A DNA stretch of 63,777 bases, filler included, from Aduncisulcus paluster (Eukaryota): the NCBI GenBank assembly GCA_024181965.1. It is 34 parts of 34 records of this genome, joined end to end, with 100 filler letters (N's around TTAATTAATTAA, not from the genome) between each part and the next. Parts side by side here need not be neighbours in the genome. Positions count along the whole stretch, not along the records: positions 20,790 to 25,803 come from BQXS01000397.1; positions 25,904 to 27,004 come from BQXS01000398.1; positions 27,105 to 28,205 come from BQXS01000400.1; positions 28,306 to 30,460 come from BQXS01000401.1; positions 30,561 to 31,960 come from BQXS01000402.1; positions 32,061 to 33,877 come from BQXS01000405.1; positions 33,978 to 35,210 come from BQXS01000406.1; positions 35,311 to 39,049 come from BQXS01000409.1; 26 more parts are not named here. One strand, given 5' to 3'. The position numbers and the translations under genes are program-made. The notes beneath the pieces were generated by a model. The model did no database searches and was not told the origin of the DNA. It saw nothing but the letters and a program-made list of their open reading frames with translations. Numbering within the stretch: the first letter of the stretch is position 1; each line of letters begins with the position of its first letter. Positions 24,025-35,312 of this stretch are shown piece by piece.

Positions 24025-24354
24025 ATGGACAATTCTACAGCTAAAAAAAGGACTACCCCCCAACCTAAAAAAACAACCAAAGTAATAAGGCCTAAGAGAA
24101 GAAATGTGCCTTATAAATCAGAAAATTATGAAGAAATAGATGATACTAGAGCAGCAATGCTATTGATTATTTCTATTGTTATTGGATTAGCCGGTCTCTT
24201 TTTGAAAAAGCGTATCCTTCTTTATATTGCTTGCTTTTTCTCTATTGCTCGCGGTGCCACTTGGATATTTAAAGAAATTGATGGCGGTATGATGATGCAA
24301 ATCGCCTCTTATATGCCATTTATCTTCCTTGCGATCGATGTTTTTAAAAAATAA
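24025..24354 (+). CDS. WDR83OS: Asterix/PAT10 (WDR83OS, UPF0139) PAT-complex subunit
   Basis: 109 aa; RP....PYK...DD, then three hydrophobic helices with GL.LK.+ and E.D..MM, matching the Asterix pattern. Confidence 0.7.
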   Translation: MDNSTAKKRTTPQPKKTTKVIRPKRRNVPYKSENYEEIDDTRAAMLLIISIVIGLAGLFLKKRILLYIACFFSIARGATWIFKEIDGGMMMQIASYMPFIFLAIDVFKK

Positions 24355-24620
24355 AATAGCCAGTGATTATGCAGTTAGATGATATGTTGTTGAGTTTATT
24401 TCATCATTCATTTGAGAATCCCCTTGGATAGTCGTTTTAATTAAATAATACCGATTTATAACGTGATTAAATTTTTAGCCACTTCCCGTGCAATTATTTT
24501 GCTATAAATTGCATAATCTTTTTTATTTCCTTGTATTTTACCAATATAATATATAAAATTATATTATTATTATATAAAGCCTCTAATGTGAAATTGAAGT
24601 TTTCTCTCTGTTAACATTTA

Positions 24621-25803
24621 ATGTCTGAACTTAAACTTGTGCACGCAATTGGATATAGTGGTCATATTCCAAATTCAGTACAGGTATTACCTGATAAACA
24701 TGTTGCTTATGTTCTCGGAACTTCTGTCGTTATTGCGTCATTGACTGATCCTGATGATCAATGTTTCTTGAAAGGACACAAAAATGATATTATTACAATG
24801 AATATTAGTCCCAATGGTAGATATTTAATCACTGGAGAAGGAGGAGTGGAAAGTGATGTGTGTGTCTGGGATCTTTCGACTCTGAAATTAAAATACACTA
24901 TTAGTGAGCATGATCATGGAATATATCATGTTTGTTTTAGTGGAGATGGAGAGTTCTTCGCTTCTGTTGGTGGACCCAAAGATGGGAGGTTAATTATTTA
25001 TGAAATGAAGACAGGATACCTTGTTCAAACTGTATATTTACCCGATTTTCCTATCACATCTGTTTGTTTTTCCCCTCGTTTGATAAATGATAGGGGAACA
25101 GAAACATTTGATTATCGTATCCTTGCTGCATCAGAGCGTTCCCTTGTCTCAATTTTATTCCAACCTGCCAAGGAAGATGGAATAACCACAACAAAGCTTC
25201 CACTCGGTTCATTACACCGTAATTTCAAATCTATGCTTATTTCCCCGAGTGATCCGTGTATCTTATTTGGGGGTACCAGTAGTGGTGATTTATTGATAAT
25301 CGATATCAGATCGGGCACAGTGCTCAAAACACTTCCAGTGTGCCACGGTGGAATATGTAGTATTGTCTGTGTGTCTGAAGGAGCCAGTCGTGAAGGAAGA
25401 GGAGGAGGAACACAAGAGGAAAGGAGAGCACGCAGAGCTAGAGGTGAGAAAAGAACAGGGTATCGTTCATATGGTGCCCAGATAACGACTACTCTTTATA
25501 TTAGTGGTGGGGATGGTTTTGTACGGGAGTTGAAGAGCGATGATAAAATAGATTGGGAGGAAACCAGCAAAGTATCTGTCTCTGGTACATCAGTTACATC
25601 ACTCAGCCTTGATCTTGGAGATAATGGACTTGTGTATGGCACAAGCGATGGAACACTGGGACGTATCAATGTAGCGACCTTCACCCACGCTGCTTTCTCA
25701 ATGAATAATGTGAGTTCTGTGGTTGGTATGGGTTTTCTTGAGGATACCAATGAGATATTTGTCACTGTGACCGCCGATGGCCTTGTGAGAGTGTGGGATT
25801 GTA
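24621..25803 (+). CDS. CFAP52: WD40 ciliary protein of the CFAP52/WDR16 family (3'-partial)
   Basis: LKLVHAIGYSG, YVLG..VVI, QCFLKGH.N.I, VCVWD, FS.DG...ASVGG..DG, GT.SGD. Confidence 0.75.
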
Positions 25804-27104
25804 NNNNNNNNNNNNNNNNNNNNNNNNNNNNNNNNNNNNNNNNNNNNTTAATTAATTAANNNNNNNNNNNNNNNNNNNNNNNNNNNNNNNNNNNNNNNNN
25901 NNNGTTTAGCAATAACAGCCACATCAATAATATATTCGATGGGGATGGAATTGGTGGATATCCGCAGTGGGTTCAATCTCCTGATTACAGATCATGTGTA
26001 GAAATCGATAGAACGAGCAGTGTAGACGGCATCAGGCGTCATGTGGCACATAGCACCATCAACAGTCAGTAAGTAACAGTCAAGAATGGAGATCCATCGG
26101 AGTTAATGATATTATCAGCAACAATTTGTCCAGGTTTACCCATTTGGGAATCAACTGAAAACTCAATATCTCCGTTCACAATGATGGCAACGTTTTGCGT
26201 ACTACTATCTGAAACAGCCTCAATGTAGGTACCTGGGAGCAGGCACCATAAGTTGGCGTACATATAGGTGGATCTTTTCTGTTATCACACATATCAAATT
26301 GAAAAATATGTGGGTTTTTAGTTGGGAATTCGAAAGAAAAAGCGGTTGTGGTGACGGTAAACGAGAACAAAAATTCTGTGCATGAAGAAAGTTGATGCTA
26401 CTAATTCTACTCGGACTAAACCGTTATTTTGTTTTTATTTTTATTTATATTTATATTTTTCCTTGACTAGATAGCTGATTTTACAGTAATAAACGATATA
26501 TAAAAGTGTCATTTTTTGTCTTTTCAAATTTTCTGTAATTGATATAATATACAGAAAATAAATCAATATCTCAAATGGGCAATCTCTATTTTATTTATCA
26601 CGTTAATAATTTTCTTGTTTGTGACTCGAACGCAGATTCGGAAGTTTTTTTTTGTTTTTTTTCGCATTGCCAAAGTTTTCCTCAAAAAATACGGGTTTTT
26701 CTTGGGCAATTGTCGCAAGTTCTTTGTCAATTCTGTGTGTAGAGTGTCAACTTCAAGTTGATATTATTGGAGTTGACCTCCCAATTGATCTCCCCTACCT
26801 GACGTTTCGGATGGACACCCCGGTTAAAAAACGCATTTTCAGGCGGGAGATTTATTGAGAGACCCTTTATAACCTAAGGTTATTAACCTTCAAATTGATC
26901 TTTACCTTGAAGTATTTTTTATACCTGGCTTTTGATGACCTGTTTGTGGGTGGTCGGGCGGTATTCTTTTTATACCTGGCTCTTGATGGCCTTGGCTCGA
27001 TAGCNNNNNNNNNNNNNNNNNNNNNNNNNNNNNNNNNNNNNNNNNNNNTTAATTAATTAANNNNNNNNNNNNNNNNNNNNNNNNNNNNNNNNNNNNNNNN
27101 NNNN

Positions 27105-27664
27105 ACCGAAACTTTTACATTCCAGACCAGCTTGTCACCACCGGACATTTCTTTCAGCTGTCGTTGCAAATCATTAATCAGCTCCTGCAACTCAGCAATC
27201 TTAACCGCAAGTTTTGCTGATTCAGTATAGAGCTTTGAAAGATTACTGACCACCTGTCCGGCTACATTGCCCAAATCTGAAGGCTTTATCTGCTGATCTA
27301 TTCCCCGTTCTTTCCAAAAAGCAATCCCCCCGTCCACAGCCTGCTTCTGGGAAACTACAGCATCTTTCTTAAATCTGAGCTGATCTATTTTTTTCCCCAA
27401 CTCAATGGCTGCGGGCGAACGGGACAAATCACTCCGGGCCCATGACACATCATTAATTGCAACGCCCTTAGTCAAAGAAGCTATAGTGAATGTTTCCGGC
27501 ACAGCCTGCCCGGAAAGAGTAAACATTGCATAATCCCCATTTACATCACGTTTCAAATCAGCTTTTACTTTACTGCTAAAATCAGCCCCGGAAGGGTAAA
27601 ACACAACCCTTTCGGAAGCAGCAAAGGCTGAGCTGCAAAGCAAACCACATAATACCAAAGTCAT
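27105..27664 (-). CDS. Bacterial secreted DUF4140/DUF4139-like coiled-coil protein, N-terminal part
   Basis: Signal peptide ending AFA, then V.FYPSGA and a long coiled coil; GAGG RBS-like site upstream. Confidence 0.6.
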
Positions 27665-27898
27665 GCATATAATTTTTTTTGCAAATCATCATCCTCGGTT
27701 AATAATCATATTTAAATAATCCTAGGTTAGACATCATAGCAGATATCGATCAGGTTCAACAACACTCAATCAGCACTCACTCAATTAGATTCTACTGCTT
27801 TTAACCTTGGTTTAAGCCTCCTCTCGACAAATCATTCAATTTGATAAATAGTCTTTGCGTTTGAGACTAAATCTACTCACTACAACCGGAGCATAATA

Positions 27899-28205
27899 AT
27901 GAGCAATAAACTTTCGCTGCTCGTCTGCGGCGGTGCAGGATATATCGGTTCACACATGACCAGAATGATTGCCGAAGCCGGACATGATGTCACAGTCTTC
28001 GACAACCTTTCTACAGGACATGCAGAAGCACTTAAATGGGGAAAATTTGTGCAGGGAGACCTGCGCAACCCAGAAGACCTTGCAAATCTTTTTGCTGAAA
28101 ATTCATTTGATGCGGTCTTTCATTTTTCCGGGTTGATCGTAGTCAGCGAATCTGTTGAAAAACCTTTTGAATATTACGATAACAACGTAACCGGAACTCT
28201 AAATC
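27899..28205 (+). CDS. galE: Bacterial UDP-glucose 4-epimerase (3'-partial)
   Basis: GGAGYIGSH, DNLSTGH, GDL, AVFHFSG.I.V.ESVEKP.EYYDNNV.GT; GGAG Shine-Dalgarno at 27888-27891. Confidence 0.95.
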
Positions 28206-28503
28206 NNNNNNNNNNNNNNNNNNNNNNNNNNNNNNNNNNNNNNNNNNNNTTAATTAATTAANNNNNNNNNNNNNNNNNNNNNNNNNNNNNNNNNNNNNNN
28301 NNNNNGCAACAAATCAACAATACCAACCGTTAATCAACAAAAGAGTTTTATTTCAAAATCTAAATAATAAAATCCAAAAATAATGTAATATTTTAAGTAA
28401 AAATACAATTATAATTTTAAAAAGATAATTTGCTAATTTCCTGTCCAACTAAACAAAACAGAGATTTCAGAAATCCCGTTTTTCTCCATGTTTGAGAGAA
28501 ACA

Positions 28504-28838
28504 ATGCCTTCAATATATGAGTCTTTCTCACAATCAAAAACATTTAACTGGAAATTTATCGTTGGTGGACTTGCTGTTATTGGTGTTTTGAGTTATGCAA
28601 ACCATAAAGTATGTTTCTCTTTGTCTTTTGGCTAATAATATTGATATTTGTTATTTTTGATATATTTATTTGAATTTATTTGAATTTATTTCAATTTCAT
28701 TCCATTATATTTGTCCCATTTCTTCATCTTAAGCTAGATCGTGAAATCGAAGAGTTGAAGGCTGAGAAAGCCAAAAGGGATGAAATGGAGAAATCTTTCT
28801 TTGGAAGGATCAAGAAATCCCTCAATTTACTTCAATAA
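28504..28838 (+). CDS. Spliced 69-aa single-pass membrane microprotein; exons 28504-28608 and 28734-28838
   Basis: Removing the GTATGT..AAG intron 28609-28733 gives MPSIYESFSQSKTFNWKFIVGGLAVIGVLSYANHK|LDREIEELKAEKAKRDEMEKSFFGRIKKSLNLLQ*. Confidence 0.75.
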
Positions 28839-29165
28839 TTAAAAACAATTACTCTCAAATCCACACTATTCTCTCCTCTATACTATCTTCTCCTCTATAC
28901 TATCTTCTCCAGTTTCTTTATGGGTATACCACTTTCAACTGTATTGGTGATCCCTCAGGGACAGGCTGTCCACGTTCATCTGATCCCTTGTACACTGAGT
29001 ATCCTTCTCTTCTCATTCGCTTCTCTTCTCACTCGCTCCTCTTCTCACTCCCAGCAGCAACAAGGGCAAGTCAACTAACATGGCAGTTGATCACTGGTGG
29101 TGGAAGAGGAAGGATACAGAAGTTATGGGTACTCTCTCATGTATGTTCTCTGAAGCCACATCCAT

Positions 29166-30460
29166 GTTACTGCAATGTCATCATGGTTGAGTTGAACTTG
29201 CTGTTCCACACTGCCCAGAGTGATGCCCGAGGCATGTTGAGGCGTCGTTGGAGACGTGCGATGATCGATATTGTCCGTCTTATTCGTTTGATCATGACCC
29301 ATGAGAACCTGCACGATGCTGTTGATGCCATCTCTTCACACTCACACAATGCAGAGAGTAGAAGTGAAGAGTTCATCCACCGTGCCCTTGTATTGTTGCA
29401 GCAGCACCTCACACACACGTTGACTGTCACCCCCCTTGGTGTCGAGTATCGTGACCGTCTGATCGATGAAATGATGATGCATGAAGTCATTCGGTGTGCG
29501 TTATGGATGTACCTCAGGATGAAGGAGTCAGTCATTGAAATGAGTGAGGAAGAGTGTGCCAATGCAACCATTAAGATCTCAAGAGAAGACAGGATCAAAG
29601 CACTCAATGTAGCCATTGCCGCCATTGCTTCATTGCATCTCAACCTTATCTACCATAAGAATCAGAGCATCCTTAAACGTGAGTTTGCTATCTCTGGCAA
29701 GCTCTTGCTCAAGTCAGAGATCCCATTGCCATCAACAGAGCAAGAAGAGTGTGAGTACACCATCCTTCGGAACCAACAGGGAGAGAAGACACTTGGCATG
29801 GGTATGGTTGTGACTGAACCTGTCCCTTGTGCTCATCCTCTGAGAGACTATTTCAACGTTGATGTCCACCCATGCATGAAGGAAGGTATGTTTAGTACTG
29901 AACTGGCTCAATTCGTGTACAAGTATGGAGATGATGATCTGAGGATCAAGACTGTCCTTGCTCACATCTATAACACTGCCATGAATGGAGATTTCTATAA
30001 GGCACGTCGTATGCTCCTCCAAACACGTATCCAGGACACCATTGCATCAGCCCCACACCTTATCCAAGCTCTCCTGAACCATGTCATTGTGCAGATCGCC
30101 TTTGCTGCCTTTAGAAAAGGACTGTTCTCTGAGGTCCAGCGTTCATGTCTCAATGAGCTCTGCTTTGGAACATCTCGTGCTCTCCGTGTGAATCTTGGAC
30201 AGCAACGTGGGAACAAGAACGAAGAAGAGGAAGGATACAGAAGTTATGGGTACATTCCATTGCATTTACGAATCAACGAGAACCTTGTCGACACTGTGTT
30301 CACTCTCTCATGTATGTTCTCTGAAGCCACATCCATTGCAAATGCCTATATCCAGGGACCTATCGATGAGTTGATGTATGCCCAACGTCCTGTCCAAAGA
30401 ATTATCCAACGGGTCGAGCGTTGTGCTGTCCAGGCCACTGAGGTTGACGGTGATTGTATT
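29166..30460 (+). pseudogene. eIF3 subunit C (NIP1)-like fragment with a truncated, rearranged 5' end
   Basis: L..FVYKYG...RIKTVLAHIY..A..G.FYKARRMLLQTRIQDTI...QAL.N...VQ.A.AAFR.G matches eIF3c; no proper start; 29103-29165 is copied from downstream sequence. Confidence 0.65.
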
Positions 30461-30562
30461 NNNNNNNNNNNNNNNNNNNNNNNNNNNNNNNNNNNNNNNN
30501 NNNNTTAATTAATTAANNNNNNNNNNNNNNNNNNNNNNNNNNNNNNNNNNNNNNNNNNNNAG

Positions 30563-31960
30563 AGAACCCGTACAAAGGAAAAGGATAGAGATCAGGATGA
30601 GGACGAGCTCGAGAGCGAGCAAGAACTGTCTGGTCTTTCTGAATCGGAGGAAGAACGTCCGAAGAAGCCTCGTCGCGAGTCGAAGGAAGTGACGTACTGG
30701 GGAATCCCACAGAAGAGAGGAAACTTTCCCCCGTGCCCGTATTGCGAGATGACCAATCATCCGCCAACACATTGTATGAAGGCATACGGTGGTGATCACC
30801 ATCCCTTGGGAAGAGGGAGGAAGGTGCCACTCACCAAGGAAGAAATTGATGGCTACATCCTTGAATTCCCCAAAAAGCTGGGACGCAAACCGAACCAGGC
30901 AATGAGGGAAGCGCTTCTCCATAAGTGGAAGAGAGAAGCACTGTTCAACGCCGTCCAACCATGGATGAAGAAAGCTGAGCTAATACACTCAGGAGTGAAG
31001 GCACTCGTCAAGAGGGGGAAAGAGTACTCCCTCAGCTACGTGCAAAGACGTCTGGCGAGGAAGAATGGAGAAACCTTCCAACCGGAAGACCTGGATACAG
31101 GTAAGAGAAGGGCCTCCAGTAGATCAAGGTACGAGACACCAGTCTCTGGGACGGTACCCCAGTGGGGACCAATGGAAGGAATGGGACAAAGCATGACACA
31201 TGCACCCACAGGTCCAAGCTCTGTACGAGGATGGATGATGGAGGTCCCACCAGCGGGTCCTACCGGAACATCTCAAGGAGGACCTGGGAATGAATGCTTC
31301 CACTGCCACCAGTTTGGACATTTCAAGAGAGATTGTCCACTGTTAACGGAGGAGGAAAGGACCAAGCTCCGGGCTAAGCATGCGGAGCGGGAAGCAGAAC
31401 GCAAGAGAAAGCGTAATGCCAGATCTGGACACAAGGCGGGAGCCGCCAAAATCTCTAATAAAGATGAAGAATGTTATCCGGAAGAATTAATCAAGATGGA
31501 TTGGGCGCGAGCTCATTCGAAGATAAACATCAGGAACGCTGATGGGAAAACCACTGAAGTGATGGCCCTGCTAGACAGTGGGTCGAACATCAACTTGTTG
31601 TCCAAAGAGGCAGCCGAAAGACATCACCTGCTCCCAGACAGTTGGGAACGAAAGAAATTGGGTCATGAGATCCTGGGTGTGGCTTCATCATCCCTCAAGG
31701 TTGAGGGTGAAGTGGAGCTGGTGGTCTCTATACAGCGAAAGGGAGGCATTACCCCTTGTCGGAAGAGAATACCCTTCTGGCTGTGTGAGAACTTGTCCAC
31801 AGGGGACGAGGTGATCCTGGGCTTCAAGGCTGCAGTTGCTCTGGGTGCCATCAAGGTGATGGTTCCGGTTGAAGAGGAGAGTGCCTCGGATCCAGGGGAA
31901 GAAACCCGACAGGGATCTGAAGTCGAAGTAGAAGACTGGATCAAGGAAGCTGACGAGCTG
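30563..31960 (+). mobile_element. LTR retrotransposon gag-protease fragment with two widely spaced CCHC knuckles
   Basis: CPYCEMTNHPPTHC, CFHCHQFGHFKRDC, ALLDSGSNINL, VILG. Confidence 0.88.
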
Positions 31961-32060
31961 NNNNNNNNNNNNNNNNNNNNNNNNNNNNNNNNNNNNNNNN
32001 NNNNTTAATTAATTAANNNNNNNNNNNNNNNNNNNNNNNNNNNNNNNNNNNNNNNNNNNN

Positions 32061-32638
32061 ATAGGAGGTTTTTGTGCAGGCGTTTCGGGTCCAACAAGCA
32101 ACTTCTCAGCCTCAAAAGCCATCATCTTTTTCACTTCTTTCACCGCGATTTGAGTGAGAGTCGGAATATCATGGGTGCCAGATGGAGCCATCGCAGACAC
32201 GCGTTCCTGAAGACGCTCGGGATGTAGTCCGTCACAGAAAAGCTTAGCCACCTTTTTTGGGTCAGGTTTGGCGATCGAACGGTTCAGAATCTTAGAGAAC
32301 TCCTGAGAGAACTTTAAGAACGAATCCATGGTTAGGGGTGAGATCATGTGAGTTATTCGGAGCTTGTCGTACAGCTCGATGTTCGAGGAAGAGGAAAAAA
32401 GGCTCTCGACCTCGAGGAAAGCGTGGTCTCGCTGCGATTGTAGAGTAAACTCCCCGACACCTGAAATAGTGGTAATGAAAGACAGCGCAGACACAGAGCA
32501 GAAGTGGGGCCAATGTTCTTTGCCTCCAAGGGAGAGGTAATGCTGAAATTCGGCTACAAACTGGGCCCAAGACTCGGTAGTGACCTGGTCCAGAAAAGGC
32601 CGAACAATCTCCTCGGAAAATAGACGCTTTGAGTTCAT
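32061..32638 (-). mobile_element. Retrotransposon gag ORF, N-terminal part
   Basis: P.L..VT.ESW..F...F..Y...GG and KLFCDGLHPERL capsid-like motif; starts 11 nt after the LTR palindrome. Confidence 0.78.
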
Positions 32639-32661
32639 AGATATTCGTTCAATAATATTAT

Positions 32662-32749
32662 TGTCGAAAACTTTTTTAAAGCAATCAAATTTATTGAAAA
32701 TAAAACAGATGGAGACTCTGATCTAAAAATAGATCATGAGAATCTAACA
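32662..32749 (-). mobile_element. 5' LTR, 88 bp (TGTTAG...TCGACA), followed by palindrome CAATAATATTATTG (32650-32663)
   Basis: Aligns with the LTR at 11430-11511 (TGTTA..TTCTCAT..TCTATTTTTAGAT...AATAAATTTGA); abuts a 5'-truncated gag on the opposite strand. Confidence 0.8.
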
Positions 32750-33877
32750 GAGCTTACTGCCATGATTTTTCAACAACAAGCTCTCGTTAAGGAAGGAATT
32801 GAAGAATTCCAGCGTTATTGTTCCACGCCATTCAAACGTCATTCTGATCCCCGAAGTGTGAGCTCTGACTCTAGAAAAAGAAGGACTTTCGGAAATCCGA
32901 GACACACGAAGAAGCCTGTTGATTTGTCGAAGGTGGAATGCTACAAGTGCCATGAATATGGACATTTTGCTCGTGATTGCCCTTCCACCAAAGGAAGTGA
33001 TTCTAAAAAGAATCACAAGTTCAAGTCCTTATCTACTACAAAGCCTACGACTGACGCTGAGCGACCCATTCTCCAGGTTCAGCCTATTGATGAAAAAGGT
33101 CACAATATTGGTGAAAAACAGGCGGCATTACTCGATTCTGGTGCCACTACGTCCTTTATAAACTCCGATCTAGTCGATAAACTCATGTTATCTCACTTTG
33201 TACCCTTGAAAAGGACAAATTCCAAAATCGAACTTGGTGATGGTAGAATGATCGAAAGTTCGTGTCAAATCACTCTGAGACTGAGAATTGCTCCTGTGAC
33301 GACGTGTGAATCAATCATTATCCATCAGGATTTCACCGTAATCCCCATGACGTCCGCCTCTGAAGACATTATATTTGGCTTTCCTGCTATTAAGGAGAAA
33401 GGTCTTCTCAATGTCCTCCAGGAGGATCAAGAACCGATCAGTGATGATTTTGAGGAAGATGATGGTGAAAAGACTTCTGATAATCCAAAAGATACCATTG
33501 TCGAACACCTGAAATCTCGTATATTGCCAATGATTGATGCTTACAAGGAAACCATCGCTCAACGTACGAAGCCCGAAGCTGAGGTCGAACCCTTTAAGAT
33601 TCTGATTAAGGAAGGGGAGAAATTTACTCTATCGACTTCAAGAAGAGCGAGTCCAGCGGATCGTGCTTTCCTCGAAAAGGAGATTGCAGAATTGTGTAAG
33701 AAAGGAATAATATCGAGAAGTAAGAGTCCATTCTATTCCCCAATAGTCATTGTGCCGAAAAAGAATGGATCTAAGAGGCTCTGTGTTGATTTCCGTGCGC
33801 TGAATGAGATCACCATCCCTTTCCGTTTCCCTCTACCAAGGATAGATGATGCTCTTGAAGGTCTTGCAGGATCTTCC
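32750..33877 (+). mobile_element. Ty3/gypsy gag(C-term)-protease-RT fragment, 5'-truncated by a nested insertion
   Basis: CYKCHEYGHFARDC, ALLDSGAT, SPFYSPIVIVPKKNG..RLCVDFRALN, FPLPRIDD. Confidence 0.95.
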
Positions 33878-33977
33878 NNNNNNNNNNNNNNNNNNNNNNN
33901 NNNNNNNNNNNNNNNNNNNNNTTAATTAATTAANNNNNNNNNNNNNNNNNNNNNNNNNNNNNNNNNNNNNNNNNNNN

Positions 33978-35210
33978 AAAGAAAAGAAGATGAAGAAGAG
34001 AGAAAGGAAGAGGAGAAAAGAAGCAAACAACAGGAAGAGAAGAGGAGAGAAGAGGAAAGAAAACTACAAGAAGAGGAAAGAAGACTACAAGAAGAGGAAA
34101 GACAGAAAGACAGAAAACAAATTGAATATCTCGAACAGAATTTAACAGAAACGAAAGAGATGTACGAACAAAGGTTGATAACCTCTGAAGTTCAATGGAA
34201 AGAAGAGAAATGCCGTTTAGAAGAAGAGAACCTTTCCTTAATTAGAGAAATTGAGCTCTTAAAGCAATCAGTGGCTTCATTCCGTAGTTCTTCTTCTGAT
34301 GAAGATATTTCATCCCAAGTTGGCAATGCTCTCTCTGAAAATGAAAATGAGTCAGACCTGCATGATATTATGCCAGAGGTTTCAAAGGTAGTCATTATCC
34401 GTCCTCCCAGCTCAAGTGTTAGTGCTAGTTCTAGTGCGAAAGAGAAAGAGAATAATGTAAGTACCAATAATGCTATTGATGTCCCTGAACACACTGATGT
34501 GATAGAAAAGAGTGAAGAACAAACAAAAGATATTAGCATTAAACAAGACAAAGATTTGAGTTTCCAACCCTTTAACTTCAATGGTTTCACAAACACCTCC
34601 CAAGATCAAGAGATTATCCCTTCTTCTCAAGAGATTATTGGATCTTCCATTGCCTCAGGGTGGAGTCAACACAATGGCAATAGAAGTCATCATCAAGACA
34701 TCACAACAGGAGCTCCAACAACATCTGCTTATCATCAGCACAAAACATTCAACTATGCAGGCCGTGGAATTATGCCACACCCGACTCGAGACTTGCATAA
34801 ATCCTCCTTCAAGACTTCAATGAGTGATGGAGGGTATCAATTCCCATCTGATTGGAGTCTCCAACCCAAACATCCTTCTGATCCTAAGGAGTCATCATTC
34901 CAGGCGACCACATCAACGTTCGATCCTTCCAAACAGATAACCTCTCATACTCCTCAGCATCAAGCAACCCCACCATGGCCAAATATATTCTCTGATCAGT
35001 CAAAACAACCACATCAACAGATACCATCTCTCTCTTCTTCATCCTCCTCTTCTTCTTCATCCTCCTCTTCCTCCTCTTCCTCCTCCTCTTCCTCTGTGAG
35101 ACCCACAGGCACCAGTAGCCATCAGAACAAGACTATATTCTCACCCGAACAAAGGGATGGCGGTCATGCGAAATCTGATCTATTTTCGTCTCCTCTGTTG
35201 CAAAAAGAGG
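33978..35210 (+). CDS. Hypothetical coiled-coil plus Ser/Gln/Pro low-complexity protein (partial)
   Basis: Long open frame, E/K/R-rich then S-rich; no recognisable domain. Confidence 0.65.
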
Positions 35211-35312
35211 NNNNNNNNNNNNNNNNNNNNNNNNNNNNNNNNNNNNNNNNNNNNTTAATTAATTAANNNNNNNNNNNNNNNNNNNNNNNNNNNNNNNNNN
35301 NNNNNNNNNNAA

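Noticed and set aside
25904-26263. Stop-codon readthrough or alternative genetic code in the short minus-strand ORF
   Set aside because: Continuation needs frameshifts as well as TGA readthrough, and other genes end normally at TAA, TAG or TGA; more likely a decayed gene.
26912-26992. 31-bp imperfect direct repeat near a contig end as an element terminus
   Set aside because: Only two copies and truncated context, so no element can be assigned.
27105-28205. Horizontal transfer of galE into the eukaryote
   Set aside because: There is no eukaryotic flanking sequence on the contig; contamination is simpler.
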